Part shown: positions 20,489 to 31,346 of the stretch, piece by piece
How the letters are laid out: each line of letters opens with the position of its first letter
Numbering within the stretch: the first letter of the stretch is position 1
From: Bacteroidales bacterium
GTDB lineage: Bacteria > Bacteroidota > Bacteroidia > Bacteroidales > WRGA01
Length of the DNA stretch: 64,000 nucleotides
Assembly: GCA_031553395.1 (NCBI GenBank)
Contig: JAVBLR010000011.1
Span: forward strand, 10,379-74,378
Direction: 5' to 3'
Notes under the pieces: generated by a model
What the model saw: the letters and a program-made list of their open reading frames with translations, nothing else
Database searches by the model: none
Told to the model about the DNA's origin: nothing
Position numbers and translations under genes: made by a program

Positions 20489-21571
20489 ATGGAAAATAAC
20501 AATTATTGCGTCATTATGAGCGGCGGCATTGGCAGCCGTTTCTGGCCATTCAGCCGGGTAAACAAACCAAAACAATTTTTAGACTTCTTCGGAACAGGTC
20601 GTTCTCTTCTTCAACAAACATTCGACCGCTTCAGCAAAATAATTCCCGTTGAAAACATCTTTATTGTAACCAACGAATTATATGCCGGATTAATTCAGGA
20701 ACAATTACCTGAGTTAGCTTCCGAACAAATATTATTCGAACCGCAACGCCGTAATACAGCACCTTGCATTGCCTTTGCATCCTATCGTATCCATGCTATT
20801 AATCCGAATGCCAATATTGTTGTTGCACCTTCCGACCATTTGATTTTACGAGAAAATGAATTTCTGGTAACAATTAAAACAGGTTTAGATTTTGTAAAAA
20901 ACAATAAAACCCTTCTAACATTAGGAATCAAACCCAATCGTCCTGAAACAGGTTATGGCTATATTCAGGCTGATAGTGACGATAATGGCATATTTAAGAA
21001 GGTTAAAACATTTACCGAAAAACCCAATAATGAATTAGCCAAAGTCTTTTTCGAAAGTGGAGAATTTTTTTGGAACTCAGGTGTATTCTTATGGAATGTA
21101 CAAGAAATAGTCGATGCGTTTCATCAATATCTGCCCGAGGTTGCTTCCATATTTGATGCAGGTAAAGACTTATTCAATACTCCAAATGAAAAGAACTTTA
21201 TCAACGAGAACTTCTCTGCATGCCCCAATATATCAATTGATTATGGTATAATGGAAAAAGCGCCTAATGTGCATGTTTTGTGTGCAGATGTAGGCTGGTC
21301 TGATTTAGGAACTTGGGGAGCTTTGTATGATATATCTGAAAAGGATAATCATAATAACGTCTCCTTAAAATGCAAAACGATGTATTATGATAGTAATAAT
21401 AATATCGTAACATTGTCAAACAGTAACAAATTAGCTGTAATACAAGACTTGGATGGATATATTATTGCAGAATCCGAAAATGCATTATTAATTTGCAAAA
21501 AAGAAGATGAACAACGTATTCGTCAGTATGTTATTGATGCTCAATTAAATTTCGGAGACGAATATGTATAA
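20489..21571 (+). CDS. manC: Mannose-1-phosphate guanylyltransferase
   Basis: GGIGSRFWPFSR..KPKQFL, EPQRRNTAP, PETGYGYI, FTEKP, ISIDYGIMEK, WSDLGTW. Confidence 0.95.
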   Translation: MENNNYCVIMSGGIGSRFWPFSRVNKPKQFLDFFGTGRSLLQQTFDRFSKIIPVENIFIVTNELYAGLIQEQLPELASEQILFEPQRRNTAPCIAFASYRIHAINPNANIVVAPSDHLILRENEFLVTIKTGLDFVKNNKTLLTLGIKPNRPETGYGYIQADSDDNGIFKKVKTFTEKPNNELAKVFFESGEFFWNSGVFLWNVQEIVDAFHQYLPEVASIFDAGKDLFNTPNEKNFINENFSACPNISIDYGIMEKAPNVHVLCADVGWSDLGTWGALYDISEKDNHNNVSLKCKTMYYDSNNNIVTLSNSNKLAVIQDLDGYIIAESENALLICKKEDEQRIRQYVIDAQLNFGDEYV

Positions 21572-21607
21572 CAAACAACATTCCATTTAAGGCGTTGTTA
21601 TAACGCA

Positions 21608-21642
21608 TAAAAAAACGAGAAAATAAATTTTCTCGTTTTTTA
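21608..21642. terminator. Bidirectional intrinsic terminator between manC and plsC
   Basis: aaaaaaacgagaaaa-taaa-ttttctcgtttttt. Confidence 0.8.
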
Positions 21643-21682
21643 TTTATATTCAAATATATTAATCGCTCCCGAACAATCTTAA

Positions 21683-22423
21683 TCAGCCTTTAGACTCATT
21701 TAATGGTATAGCCATAATATTCCAAACATCCTCCATTAATTTATGCATATCATCTACAGACAAGTCTTGAGTGGAAATAGGATCATGTATGGTAAGCTTC
21801 ATTTTTCCGGGATTCAATTGACATGAACCAATTCGCATAATATCATAAGAACCTTCGATTGTTAAAGGAACGATCGGCAATTTTAAATCAAAAGCAATCT
21901 GAAAAGCTCCTTTCTTAAATTCATGCATATTTCCATCTTTAGTGCGAGAACCTTCGGGAAATATAACCGTAGAAATACCATTCGTTAATCGTTCTTTAGC
22001 TTGTCGCAAAGACAACACAATCCCTCTCCTACTCGTTCTATCAATAAAAATATGACCAGCCGATGCACAAGCAGCACCAATAAGAGGTATTTTTCGAAGG
22101 CTTTCCTTCATCATCCAACGAAAATTATACCCTAAATAACCATAAATCAAGAAAATATCAAAAGCTCCCTGATGATTTGCTACAAAAACATAAGAAGATT
22201 TTTTATCCAAATTCTTATTTTTGGCAACTTTAATTCGTATTAAAGCCAAACGACAAGTAAAACGAGACCAAAGTGAAGCCGGATAAAATCCCCAGAATCT
22301 ATTACCTCCTATAAAACTACCTATAATCGTTATTAAAGCCGTAAGAATTGTTGCAATAAAAAATAATGGAAAAAATATCAACCACTGATAAAAGAAGTAA
22401 AAGACTTTTCTTATTTTTTGCAT
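21683..22423 (-). CDS. plsC: 1-acyl-sn-glycerol-3-phosphate acyltransferase
   Basis: NHQGAFD (HX4D), FIDR, IFPEGSR motifs. Confidence 0.92.
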   Translation of the reverse strand: MQKIRKVFYFFYQWLIFFPLFFIATILTALITIIGSFIGGNRFWGFYPASLWSRFTCRLALIRIKVAKNKNLDKKSSYVFVANHQGAFDIFLIYGYLGYNFRWMMKESLRKIPLIGAACASAGHIFIDRTSRRGIVLSLRQAKERLTNGISTVIFPEGSRTKDGNMHEFKKGAFQIAFDLKLPIVPLTIEGSYDIMRIGSCQLNPGKMKLTIHDPISTQDLSVDDMHKLMEDVWNIMAIPLNESKG

Positions 22424-22550
22424 AAATTACATCATAAATCTAACGACAAATAAACAACACCTTAAATATAAATATTATATTCAAACATTAAACACTTTGG
22501 ATTATTTGAAGATAAATATTTAGAAAACACAACAACGACACCTTAAATAA

Positions 22551-23666
22551 TTATCCTTTTAAAACCAACAATGGCGTATCTGTATGGAATAACATTTTAC
22601 GGGCAATACTCGGATTAAATAAACGAGCAAAAATATTTCGTTTATGACTACTTAAAGCCAAAATATCTATCTGCTCTTTTTTAATAAAAGAATCCAAACC
22701 CTCAAGCGTATCACTACTATCAATTATATGATAATTAGCTCTTAGTGAAGGATATTGTTTCTTGAAATATTCTTTGATACCAACAAGTTTAACCTCATTC
22801 CAAGCATCCTCTTTGGTTGCTACATGAACAAAAGAAACTATAAATCCAAAACGCCTGATAACTTTCATCAATGCATCAAAAACAACTAAATCTTTTTGAT
22901 CAAAATTCGTAGCAAATGCAATGTGTTTTACCTCTTCTATTTTTGTGAAAGTCGTATGTTCAGGAACAGTAAATACAGGCACCCGCGATGTTTCTATCAC
23001 TTCAGCTGTTACACTTCCTATCAAGTCAACATCTTTCTGATCTTTTCCCCGCGTTCCCATTATAATAAGGACAGGATTATGTTCCTTGCTATAACGAATA
23101 ATCTCTTCTTCCGGAATACCCTCTTCCAAAACAAATGAAAACTTGATATTAGGCAAAACACCTTCTGTTATCTTCTGTTTCAAAGAAGCAACAAGCTCGT
23201 TCATGTCTTTTTTCGCCTTTTTCGAAATCCTCATAAACATATCCTCATCTTCAATTGGATAAGGAGTTATAGCATCACCAAAAGGCATTGTTGCCGTATA
23301 TATAGGAGTAAAAAAAGTATGCAGTAAAACAACATCTGCATTTATTACACTGGCATAATTAAACCCTATATAACAGGCCTTCATAGAATAATCAGAGAAA
23401 TCAACCGGGATTAAAATATGTTTCTTTTCCTCAGCTTTTTTCTCGATTTCATTCTCATCTTTCAACCATTGCGCCCCTTCAATAATACGCAATGCTCTAG
23501 GTAAATCACTTTCCTTAATTCGCACCCTTACTCCTGCCGAAATAACCGGTTGAATAAGGTTTACATTATGGATATATACCTCAATACCCTCATCTTCAAG
23601 AATAGTTTTCAATATTTGAGCTTTCTCAAAGGTGTAAATAGCCAATGTTACCAATTTATCTTCCAT
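22551..23666 (-). CDS. Universal stress protein (tandem USP) with N-terminal DUF2007-like domain
   Basis: ILIPVDFSDYS, IIMGTRG..LIGSVTAEVI; start at MEDKLVTLA (23666). Confidence 0.88.
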   Translation of the reverse strand: MEDKLVTLAIYTFEKAQILKTILEDEGIEVYIHNVNLIQPVISAGVRVRIKESDLPRALRIIEGAQWLKDENEIEKKAEEKKHILIPVDFSDYSMKACYIGFNYASVINADVVLLHTFFTPIYTATMPFGDAITPYPIEDEDMFMRISKKAKKDMNELVASLKQKITEGVLPNIKFSFVLEEGIPEEEIIRYSKEHNPVLIIMGTRGKDQKDVDLIGSVTAEVIETSRVPVFTVPEHTTFTKIEEVKHIAFATNFDQKDLVVFDALMKVIRRFGFIVSFVHVATKEDAWNEVKLVGIKEYFKKQYPSLRANYHIIDSSDTLEGLDSFIKKEQIDILALSSHKRNIFARLFNPSIARKMLFHTDTPLLVLKG

Positions 23667-23872
23667 AATACTCGTTTTTTTATTGTTAAACATTAGAAAG
23701 CACAAAAAAGTTGTCTTTTCTTAAAAAAACTCCCTAACTATTTCCAAATATAATGCATTTTCAATAAAAAAGCAAAATATTTCTTCTTCAAATGCTATAA
23801 AATTTTCTTTTTTTCATAATGATGAAAAAATCAAAAGCAACACAACAACAAAATAACAGCATCTTAAATGAA

Positions 23873-24730
23873 TTAAAAAACAATATAATTTTCTGGATTT
23901 ACGGGTGTTCCCTTATACCATAATTCGAAATGCAAATGCGCTCCGGTAGTTACTTTACCTGTATTTCCTACTATAGCAATAGCTTCTCCGGCTTTTACAG
24001 TATCTCCTTCTTTTTTCAATAAACGGGCATTATGCTTATATATTGAAACAAACTCGTTATTATGTTGTAATTGAATTATATATCCTACATCCAAATCAAA
24101 ACCACAAAAAATAACTGTTCCATCTAATGTTGCTATAACAGGTTCATTGGCCGCAGTAGCAATATCAATACCAAAATGAGACTTTTGAAAATCAAATTTT
24201 GATGTAATGACTCCTTTCACAGGAGGGAAAAAATTCGGCAAATTAGAAACTTGTTGCTCGCTTGAGATTGTAAGATTATATTTTTCCCGTTCTTCAAAGT
24301 TTTTTCTGTATTCGTCTTCCTTCTTTGTTTGGTGGAGCTCCTGAAGATTCAAATTATATTGCAAAGAATCTATGGGTTTTATCGTATCAGCTTTTATATC
24401 ACCCTGCAATATACTCTTCAAGTTATCCAAATACATTTCCTGAACTTTTGCCACCTGAGTCAACGAATCCACAACTAATGAATAATTCACCACATCTTTG
24501 CGAAATTTTTCATCTAAATAGCCGGGAAGAAAATTTTTAACAGGAGTTACAAGGATAAGAATACTAACTAAAATAAATATGAAAAAAAACAAAATACATC
24601 CTCCAAGAAATACATTTAATTTTGATAAGCGAATAGAAAAAATATCTTGCAAGTGGCTTTCATCTGTGACAGTAAGCTTATACTTTACCTTTATATTCCT
24701 CCAAAAATGTTTTTGTTTTTTACGTCCCAT
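23873..24730 (-). CDS. M23 family metallopeptidase
   Basis: HFGIDI, YKHN, HLHFE zinc motifs; one N-terminal TM helix. Confidence 0.93.
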   Translation of the reverse strand: MGRKKQKHFWRNIKVKYKLTVTDESHLQDIFSIRLSKLNVFLGGCILFFFIFILVSILILVTPVKNFLPGYLDEKFRKDVVNYSLVVDSLTQVAKVQEMYLDNLKSILQGDIKADTIKPIDSLQYNLNLQELHQTKKEDEYRKNFEEREKYNLTISSEQQVSNLPNFFPPVKGVITSKFDFQKSHFGIDIATAANEPVIATLDGTVIFCGFDLDVGYIIQLQHNNEFVSIYKHNARLLKKEGDTVKAGEAIAIVGNTGKVTTGAHLHFELWYKGTPVNPENYIVF

Positions 24731-25260
24731 GGTAATTTGTTAATGAGAACAAATGTAAGAAAAACAATCAGGAAAAGTACATTAGAGCAAAAAGAAAAAT
24801 TTCACACTTTTACATTTAAGGTGCTGTTGAAATGATTATAAAGTGTTTGATTATTGTGTCTTAGTATGCTCAATATGTGTTCAGCAAGAAAGTTATTTTA
24901 ATAAATCCATCTTTGACAAAAACATATCATTTCATGCTTAAGCTACAAATTTCCAAGCAATAGAAAACCTGTCATATCAAGAATCAACCTCAAATTTGTA
25001 ATAATTTCTATTTCAGAATAAATTATTTAAAGAAAGAATAAAGATATTTTATATTTAAACTGCTATTATTCAATAATATAAAACACACAAAACAAGAATA
25101 AAAACCTTCTGAGATTTTAAAATTTAAAAATAACTCGGAAAGAGTATCGAAATACATGATTTTAATAAGTATTTATCACAATAATTAAGAATAACAATAA
25201 AATGAATTTATCCTCCTCTCCTATTCCTATTTTCGTATCAAAATAAAAATTGAAATCTTA

Positions 25261-25314
25261 TTCATAAAAAATGCCTCAAATATCAGAAAAGATAAATGAG
25301 GCATTTTTTATGAA
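25261..25314 (-). terminator. Intrinsic terminator after acyl-CoA dehydrogenase
   Basis: ttcataaaaaatgcctca ... tgaggcattttttatgaa inverted repeat. Confidence 0.8.
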
Positions 25315-25326
25315 ATTCTGAAAATT

Positions 25327-27030
25327 TTACATCCTATAAGTTGCTAGGTTTTCAACATCGAAAACTTCAATAAATTGAGCATGTTTGCGTACTTCGCTTT
25401 GAGCATAATTAATGTAAACTTCTGCAGAACGACGAAACGATGAAGTTCGAGTTGTATCATTCAACAAAAGATATCCCATAATTATATGCGCTGCCATCTC
25501 AACCATACGGCGAGCCTGGAAATCGATATACTCATTATCCTTTGTTTCAATAACTGTCTCAACTGCTTTTTCATATAATTCGGTCATTGCAATCAACTTA
25601 TTCCGAAGTGTGTACAATTCAGGATTGATATTTTCTTTTTCATAAACACGAATTTGATCTAAATAAGCACCAGTAGTTACAAAGCGAATAGCTGCTACTA
25701 CTTGCAACTGAGTAGTTCCTTCGTAAATGGAAGTAATACGTGCATCACGATAAATACGTTCACACGCATAATCTTTCATAAATCCGGAACCTCCGTGAAT
25801 CTGAACCGAATCATACGCATTTTGATTGCAGAATTCACTACCCATTCCTTTTACAAGCGGAGTAAATGCATCAGCTAATTTTTGGAATTTTTTCATCTCA
25901 TTGCGCTCGTCAATTTCCAACTTACGTTCATCGGCAATGTGCATCAACGTTTTATACACATCAACAAAACGAGAAGTTTCATAAAGCAATGACCGGGAAG
26001 CATCCAATTTAGCTTTCATCAATGCCAACATTTCATATACTGCCGGAAATTCGATAATTGCTTTACCAAATTGTTTACGGTCTTTTGCATACGCCAATGC
26101 CTCACGATATGCAGCTTCGGAAATTCCAACCGATTGTGCTGCAATTCCCAAGCGGGCACCATTCATCAACGCCATTACATATTTAATAAGTCCCATTTTG
26201 CGATCACCACAAATTTCGGCTTTTGCATTTTTGAAAACCAATTCACATGTTGGAGAACCTTTAATCCCCATCTTGTTCTCAATGCGGCGAACAGTTACTC
26301 CCCCATCATTTTTATCATAGATAAACATGGAAAGCCCGCGGCCATCTCGAGTTCCATCTTCCGAACGGGCAAGAACCAACGAAATATGTCCGTCACCATT
26401 GGTGATAAACCGTTTCACACCATTCAGGTACCAACATTTGTCACCTTCACTGTAAGTCGCCTTCAACATTACAGCCTGAAGGTCAGAACCCGCATCCGGC
26501 TCTGTCAAATCCATTGCCATTGTTTCTCCGGAAGAAACACGGGTAAGATATTTCATCTTTTGCTCATCGTTGGCAAATTCATTGATAGTTTCGGCACAAT
26601 CCTGCAAGCCCCAGATGTTCACGAAACCCGCATCAGCACGGCTCACAATATCAGCAGCCATTACATAGGGTACAATCGGAAAATTTAAGCCGTTGTATTT
26701 GCGTGGTAAAGTAATCCCCATCAATCCGGCTTTTACCAGTGCATCCAAATTTACTTTTGTTCCGGAAGCATATTCCACTCTTCCATCGACAACATGCGGA
26801 CCTTCTTGGTCTACACTTTCGGCATTAACCGCTACAATATCGCCACTGATTTCTCCAACAATTTCAAGTACTTTATCGTAACTATCCATTGCGTCTTCGA
26901 AATCAACCGGAGAATAATCGAATTTATCTTTTTGTTCAAAATTTCTCTCTTTCAACTCTACAATCCGTTTCATAAGCGGATGTTCGAGATGATGTTTTAA
27001 ATCTGTGTTATCCAAATAATAATTTGCCAT
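25327..27030 (-). CDS. Acyl-CoA dehydrogenase
   Basis: LTEPDAGSD, LNGVKRFITNG, KMGIKGSPT, QIHGGSGF, IYEGTTQLQ; same operon as etfBA. Confidence 0.95.
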   Translation of the reverse strand: MANYYLDNTDLKHHLEHPLMKRIVELKERNFEQKDKFDYSPVDFEDAMDSYDKVLEIVGEISGDIVAVNAESVDQEGPHVVDGRVEYASGTKVNLDALVKAGLMGITLPRKYNGLNFPIVPYVMAADIVSRADAGFVNIWGLQDCAETINEFANDEQKMKYLTRVSSGETMAMDLTEPDAGSDLQAVMLKATYSEGDKCWYLNGVKRFITNGDGHISLVLARSEDGTRDGRGLSMFIYDKNDGGVTVRRIENKMGIKGSPTCELVFKNAKAEICGDRKMGLIKYVMALMNGARLGIAAQSVGISEAAYREALAYAKDRKQFGKAIIEFPAVYEMLALMKAKLDASRSLLYETSRFVDVYKTLMHIADERKLEIDERNEMKKFQKLADAFTPLVKGMGSEFCNQNAYDSVQIHGGSGFMKDYACERIYRDARITSIYEGTTQLQVVAAIRFVTTGAYLDQIRVYEKENINPELYTLRNKLIAMTELYEKAVETVIETKDNEYIDFQARRMVEMAAHIIMGYLLLNDTTRTSSFRRSAEVYINYAQSEVRKHAQFIEVFDVENLATYRM

Positions 27031-27116
27031 GGCTATTTTTTAATTTTAATACCGGTCATAAACCGGTGCTTTTTATTTAAGTTGATGTTCAAATGCTGTA
27101 ATTATTCATCAGAAAA

Positions 27117-27656
27117 TTAACAAGAAACAACATTTGCAACATGCTTTTCTATCATACTATCTAATTCGTTTACCGAATCTTCTATTTTCCGAAGCGGTAT
27201 TACAAAAGCATTCATGCTTGTAATATACAAATAATAATGATTTACATCCTTCACGACTTTCAATACTGCAATCCATTTTGTCAATGCTTCTGATTTTGGT
27301 GTTTTTACAAAAATCCCTTCATCATTCAATGTCATTTCCCGAACTCCAAAAACAATTGAATTGTCTTTATCATTTTTCAATAACAATTTTCGTGTTCTTG
27401 CTAATGTTCTTTTTTTGAAGCTTTTCCAAATAATAAGCATCCACACAATAGCCATAACTACGAAGAATATTCCGAAACCTATCAATTTAGTAGTCATTCC
27501 ATCATGCACATAGTAATACAGGAATAACAATACCAACATTACAGGCAATAATAGAGTTACAAAAATTCGAGTGCGTTTGAATTGTTTGAAATTCGACAAG
27601 AAGTGTTCTTGAAAAGCCATCGTGTCATCAATATCGAAGTCGAATGTTATAGTCAT
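27117..27656 (-). CDS. YcxB-like membrane protein
   Basis: Two TM helices then a PH-like tail (REMTLNDEGI..KW..YLYITSMNAFVIP); ATG overlaps the etfA TAA (TAATG). Confidence 0.75.
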   Translation of the reverse strand: MTITFDFDIDDTMAFQEHFLSNFKQFKRTRIFVTLLLPVMLVLLFLYYYVHDGMTTKLIGFGIFFVVMAIVWMLIIWKSFKKRTLARTRKLLLKNDKDNSIVFGVREMTLNDEGIFVKTPKSEALTKWIAVLKVVKDVNHYYLYITSMNAFVIPLRKIEDSVNELDSMIEKHVANVVSC

Positions 27657-28675
27657 TATTTACTGTTCTTCTTATAATATTTAATCATTTTCGGAATCAC
27701 AGTTTCCACTTCTCCTGTTATCACATAATCGGCAATGGAATTAATCGGTGCATTCCGGTCATTGTTGATAGCAATAATCATCGAACTTTCCTGCATTCCG
27801 GCAATGTGCTGGATTTGTCCGGAAATTCCACAAGCGATGTACAATTTCGGACGAACAGTTACTCCGGTTTGTCCAATTTGACGGTCATGATCGGCGTAAC
27901 CTGCATCAACAGCTGCACGCGAAGCTCCCACTTCTGCTCCAATTACTGATGCCAAATCAAATAACAAATTGAAATTATCTTTAGAGCCCATTCCATAACC
28001 TCCGGAAATAATAATCGGAGAATTTTTGATATTCGTCTTTGCCTTTTCCATGTGACGTTCAATTACTTTCACAACAAAATCGGCATCAGAAATATATTTA
28101 GACACATCTTGCTTTTTAATTTCGCCTTTGTAAGTTGGAGAAAGAATTTCTTTTTTCATCACGCCTTCTCGTACTGTCGCCATTTGCGGACGACAATCGG
28201 GATTGATAATTGTTGCAACAATATTTCCTCCAAAAGCAGGACGAATCTGATACAAAAGGTCTTTGTAAACTTTATTCTCTTTCTTTTCCTCGTGGTCACC
28301 AATTTCAAGGGAAGTACAATCAGCAGTCAAACCACTACCCAATGCTGAAGAAACCCTTGGCCCCAAGTCGCGTCCGATGCTTGTTGCACCCATCAATGCA
28401 ATCTGAGGCTTTTCTTCTTCAAACAATTTTACCAATAAAGAAGTGTGAGGCAACGATGTGTAAGGGTCTAACCGTTTATCATCAAAAAGATGCAACACAT
28501 CTACCCCATAAGGAAAAACCTGACTTTCAACACCATCCAATTTATATCCGGCAACAACTGCTTCTAATTTACATTTCAATTGATTGGCCAAAGAACGTCC
28601 CTTAGTAAGCAACTCCAAGCTTACATCAGAAACTATTCCGTCTTCTATTTCACAATATACAAATAAATTATTCAT
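27656..28675 (-). CDS. etfA: Electron transfer flavoprotein alpha subunit
   Basis: GLTADCT, RPAFGGN, GASRAAVDAG, QIGQTG, GISGQIQH. Confidence 0.96.
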   Translation of the reverse strand: MNNLFVYCEIEDGIVSDVSLELLTKGRSLANQLKCKLEAVVAGYKLDGVESQVFPYGVDVLHLFDDKRLDPYTSLPHTSLLVKLFEEEKPQIALMGATSIGRDLGPRVSSALGSGLTADCTSLEIGDHEEKKENKVYKDLLYQIRPAFGGNIVATIINPDCRPQMATVREGVMKKEILSPTYKGEIKKQDVSKYISDADFVVKVIERHMEKAKTNIKNSPIIISGGYGMGSKDNFNLLFDLASVIGAEVGASRAAVDAGYADHDRQIGQTGVTVRPKLYIACGISGQIQHIAGMQESSMIIAINNDRNAPINSIADYVITGEVETVIPKMIKYYKKNSK

Positions 28676-28775
28676 GTTCTATGCGTATTTTTCAAAGGTA
28701 AATAATTTCACTTTATTTAAGAAGATACTATATTGATTCAAGTATTATTTACCTTTTTTATTTTAATAATATGAA

Positions 28776-29648
28776 TCACCCAATTGTGTGATTTAACAAT
28801 AGTTCCTTTATTAATTCCTCAACATCTAAATCCGAATCCGAGATTGCTTTGCTTTCTTTTACCTGGAACACAACATTTTCAATCTTCTTTACTTTAGTCG
28901 GAGAGCCGGAAAGACCAACACTTTGCACATCACAATCTACATCATTTACACTCCATTCGGTAAGGTTCAAATACGGACGAGCATTAAATAATTCGGTATA
29001 ATCTTCCGAAGCTTCTTGTTTTTCTGTTACAGTCTTGGCATATTTATATTTTTGAATCAACCGTGCATTACGCGGACGACAATCAGGCGCAGTAGAATTT
29101 ACCGTAACAACCATTGGCAATTTACCTTCGGCAACTTCAATTCCCCTTTCCAAACGGCGTTTTACAGTAATTTTCCCTTTACTTACATCCATGATTTCTT
29201 CTGCATACGTAATCTGCGGAAATCCCAGTTTTTCTGCAACTTGCGGTCCAACCTGCGCTGTATCACCATCGATAGCCTGACGGCCACAAATAATAACATC
29301 TACATTTTTAATTTTGCGGATTGCACAAGCTAATGCATACGAAGTCGCCAACGTATCAGCACCTGCAAAAGCCCTGTCTGTCAACAAATAGCCACCATCG
29401 GCACCACGGAACAAACCTTCACGAATAATTTCGGCAGCACGTCCCGGTCCCATTGTCAAAAGCGTAACTGTTGAACCCGGATTTTTGTCTTTCAATCTCA
29501 ACGCCTGTTCTAATGCGTTCAAATCTTCCGGATTAAAAATAGCCGGTAGTGCTGCCCTATTTACAGTACCATCGGCTTTCATCGCATCCTTCCCGACATT
29601 CCTCGTATCGGGAACTTGCTTTGCCAGCACAATAATGTTCAAACTCAT
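28776..29648 (-). CDS. etfB: Electron transfer flavoprotein beta subunit
   Basis: KQVPDT, NPEDLNALE, GADTLATS, GRQAIDGDTAQVGP. Confidence 0.96.
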   Translation of the reverse strand: MSLNIIVLAKQVPDTRNVGKDAMKADGTVNRAALPAIFNPEDLNALEQALRLKDKNPGSTVTLLTMGPGRAAEIIREGLFRGADGGYLLTDRAFAGADTLATSYALACAIRKIKNVDVIICGRQAIDGDTAQVGPQVAEKLGFPQITYAEEIMDVSKGKITVKRRLERGIEVAEGKLPMVVTVNSTAPDCRPRNARLIQKYKYAKTVTEKQEASEDYTELFNARPYLNLTEWSVNDVDCDVQSVGLSGSPTKVKKIENVVFQVKESKAISDSDLDVEELIKELLLNHTIG

Positions 29649-29695
29649 ATTTTTAATTATTTATTAGATTTTTTTAATCAAAGCTACAAATATAA

Positions 29696-29770
29696 TAAAA
29701 AGTAAAAAGTAAAAGGTAAAAGACACAAATAAAAAACCTTTTACTTTTTACGTCTTACCTTTTACCTTTA
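29696..29770. repeat. Heptamer inverted arrays between divergent etfB and ffh promoters
   Basis: TAAAAAG TAAAAAG TAAAAGG TAAAAGA ... CCTTTTA CTTTTTA CGTCTTA CCTTTTA. Confidence 0.8.
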
Positions 29771-29841
29771 TCTTAGGTTTATTCTGATGTTTTTTATACT
29801 TTTGTCGTCCAAATGTTTGACTAAATCAAAAAAAGATATTA

Positions 29842-29954
29842 TAGACTAAAGAACAAAGATATAAGACAGATAGACAAAGACTTTAAGACAAGAAGATTCC
29901 TTCTCCTCGTCTTAAAAGTCTATTCTCTCTTCTTGAGTCTTTGTTCTTTAGTCT
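29842..29954. repeat. Heptamer inverted arrays (AGACTAA/AGAACAA type) in the ffh leader
   Basis: agactaaagaacaaagatataagac ... tcttgagtctttgttctttagtct. Confidence 0.7.
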
Positions 29955-30012
29955 AAAAACAAGTGTTGAATTAAACCTTTCTATTTGTTAACAAATTAAA
30001 ATATAAATACCT

Positions 30013-31338
30013 ATGTTTGAGAATTTAAGTGACAGATTAGACCGTTCATTTAAAATATTAAAAGGTGAAGGAAAAATCACCGAAATCAATGTTGCCGAAA
30101 CATTAAAAGATATTCGTAAAGCGTTGTTGGATGCCGACGTAAACTATAAAACAGCCAAAAACTTTACCGAAACCGTTAAAGAAAAAGCATTAGGACAAAA
30201 CGTACTTACAGCCGTAAAACCCGGACAATTGATGGTAAAAATCGTCCACGACGAACTAGCACAATTGATGGGTGGAACCGCTGTTGACATCAACATAAAA
30301 GGAACTCCGGCAGTTATTTTGATGTCGGGACTGCAAGGTTCGGGAAAAACAACTTTCTCGGGAAAGCTTGCCAACATGTTAAAATCCAAACGAAGCAAAA
30401 ACCCGATGTTGGTAGCTTGCGACGTGTATCGTCCTGCGGCTATTGAACAATTGAAAGTGCTTGGTTCTCAAATTAATGTTCCTGTTTATAGCGAAGAAGG
30501 CAACAATAATCCTGTTCTGATTGCTCAAAATGCAATCAAAGAAGCGAAAAAACAAGGAAATGACCTTGTTATCATCGACACAGCCGGACGTTTGGCTATC
30601 GACGAACAAATGATGAAGGAAATTGCAGCTATCAAAGAAGCAATTCAACCTCAGGAAATTTTATTCGTTGTTGACTCGATGACTGGTCAAGATGCGGTAA
30701 ATACAGCAAAAGAATTCAACGACCGATTAAATTTTGATGGTGTTGTCCTTACCAAATTAGACGGTGATACCCGTGGTGGAGCGGCATTATCCATCCGTTC
30801 GGTTGTTGACAAACCGATTAAGTTTGTAGGAACCGGCGAGAAAATGGAAGCATTGGATACTTTCCATCCTGAACGTATGGCCGACCGTATTTTGGGTATG
30901 GGAGATATCGTTTCGTTAGTAGAACGTGCACAGGAACAATATGACGAAGAAGAAGCCCGCCGTTTACAGAAAAAAATTGCTAAAAACCAATTTGATTTCA
31001 ACGATTTCATCAGTCAAATCCACCAAATCAAAAAAATGGGTAATTTGAAAGATTTGGCTTCCATGATTCCCGGTGTTGGAAAGGCAATGAAAGATATTGA
31101 TATCGACGATGATGCGTTCAAAAGTATCGAAGCAATTATTTATTCAATGACACCTAAAGAACGCAGCAATCCCGAAATTCTTAACGGAAGTCGCCGTCAA
31201 CGAATTGCAAAAGGAAGCGGAACTTCTGTTCAGGAAGTAAACCGGTTGATAACTCAATTCGACCAAACTCGCAAAATGATGAAGGCTGTTACTCAAGTGA
31301 AAGGCGCAGGGAAGATGATGAAGGGAATGAAGAGGTAG
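30013..31338 (+). CDS. ffh: Signal recognition particle protein
   Basis: GLQGSGKTT, DTAGR, TKLDGDTRGG, M-domain SRRQRIAKGSG. Confidence 0.98.
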   Translation: MFENLSDRLDRSFKILKGEGKITEINVAETLKDIRKALLDADVNYKTAKNFTETVKEKALGQNVLTAVKPGQLMVKIVHDELAQLMGGTAVDINIKGTPAVILMSGLQGSGKTTFSGKLANMLKSKRSKNPMLVACDVYRPAAIEQLKVLGSQINVPVYSEEGNNNPVLIAQNAIKEAKKQGNDLVIIDTAGRLAIDEQMMKEIAAIKEAIQPQEILFVVDSMTGQDAVNTAKEFNDRLNFDGVVLTKLDGDTRGGAALSIRSVVDKPIKFVGTGEKMEALDTFHPERMADRILGMGDIVSLVERAQEQYDEEEARRLQKKIAKNQFDFNDFISQIHQIKKMGNLKDLASMIPGVGKAMKDIDIDDDAFKSIEAIIYSMTPKERSNPEILNGSRRQRIAKGSGTSVQEVNRLITQFDQTRKMMKAVTQVKGAGKMMKGMKR

Positions 31339-31346
31339 TGTAAAAT

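Noticed and set aside
24830-25260. Long AT-rich gap upstream of the M23 gene as a hidden gene or oriC
   Set aside because: No credible ORF, stable structure or DnaA-box cluster seen by eye
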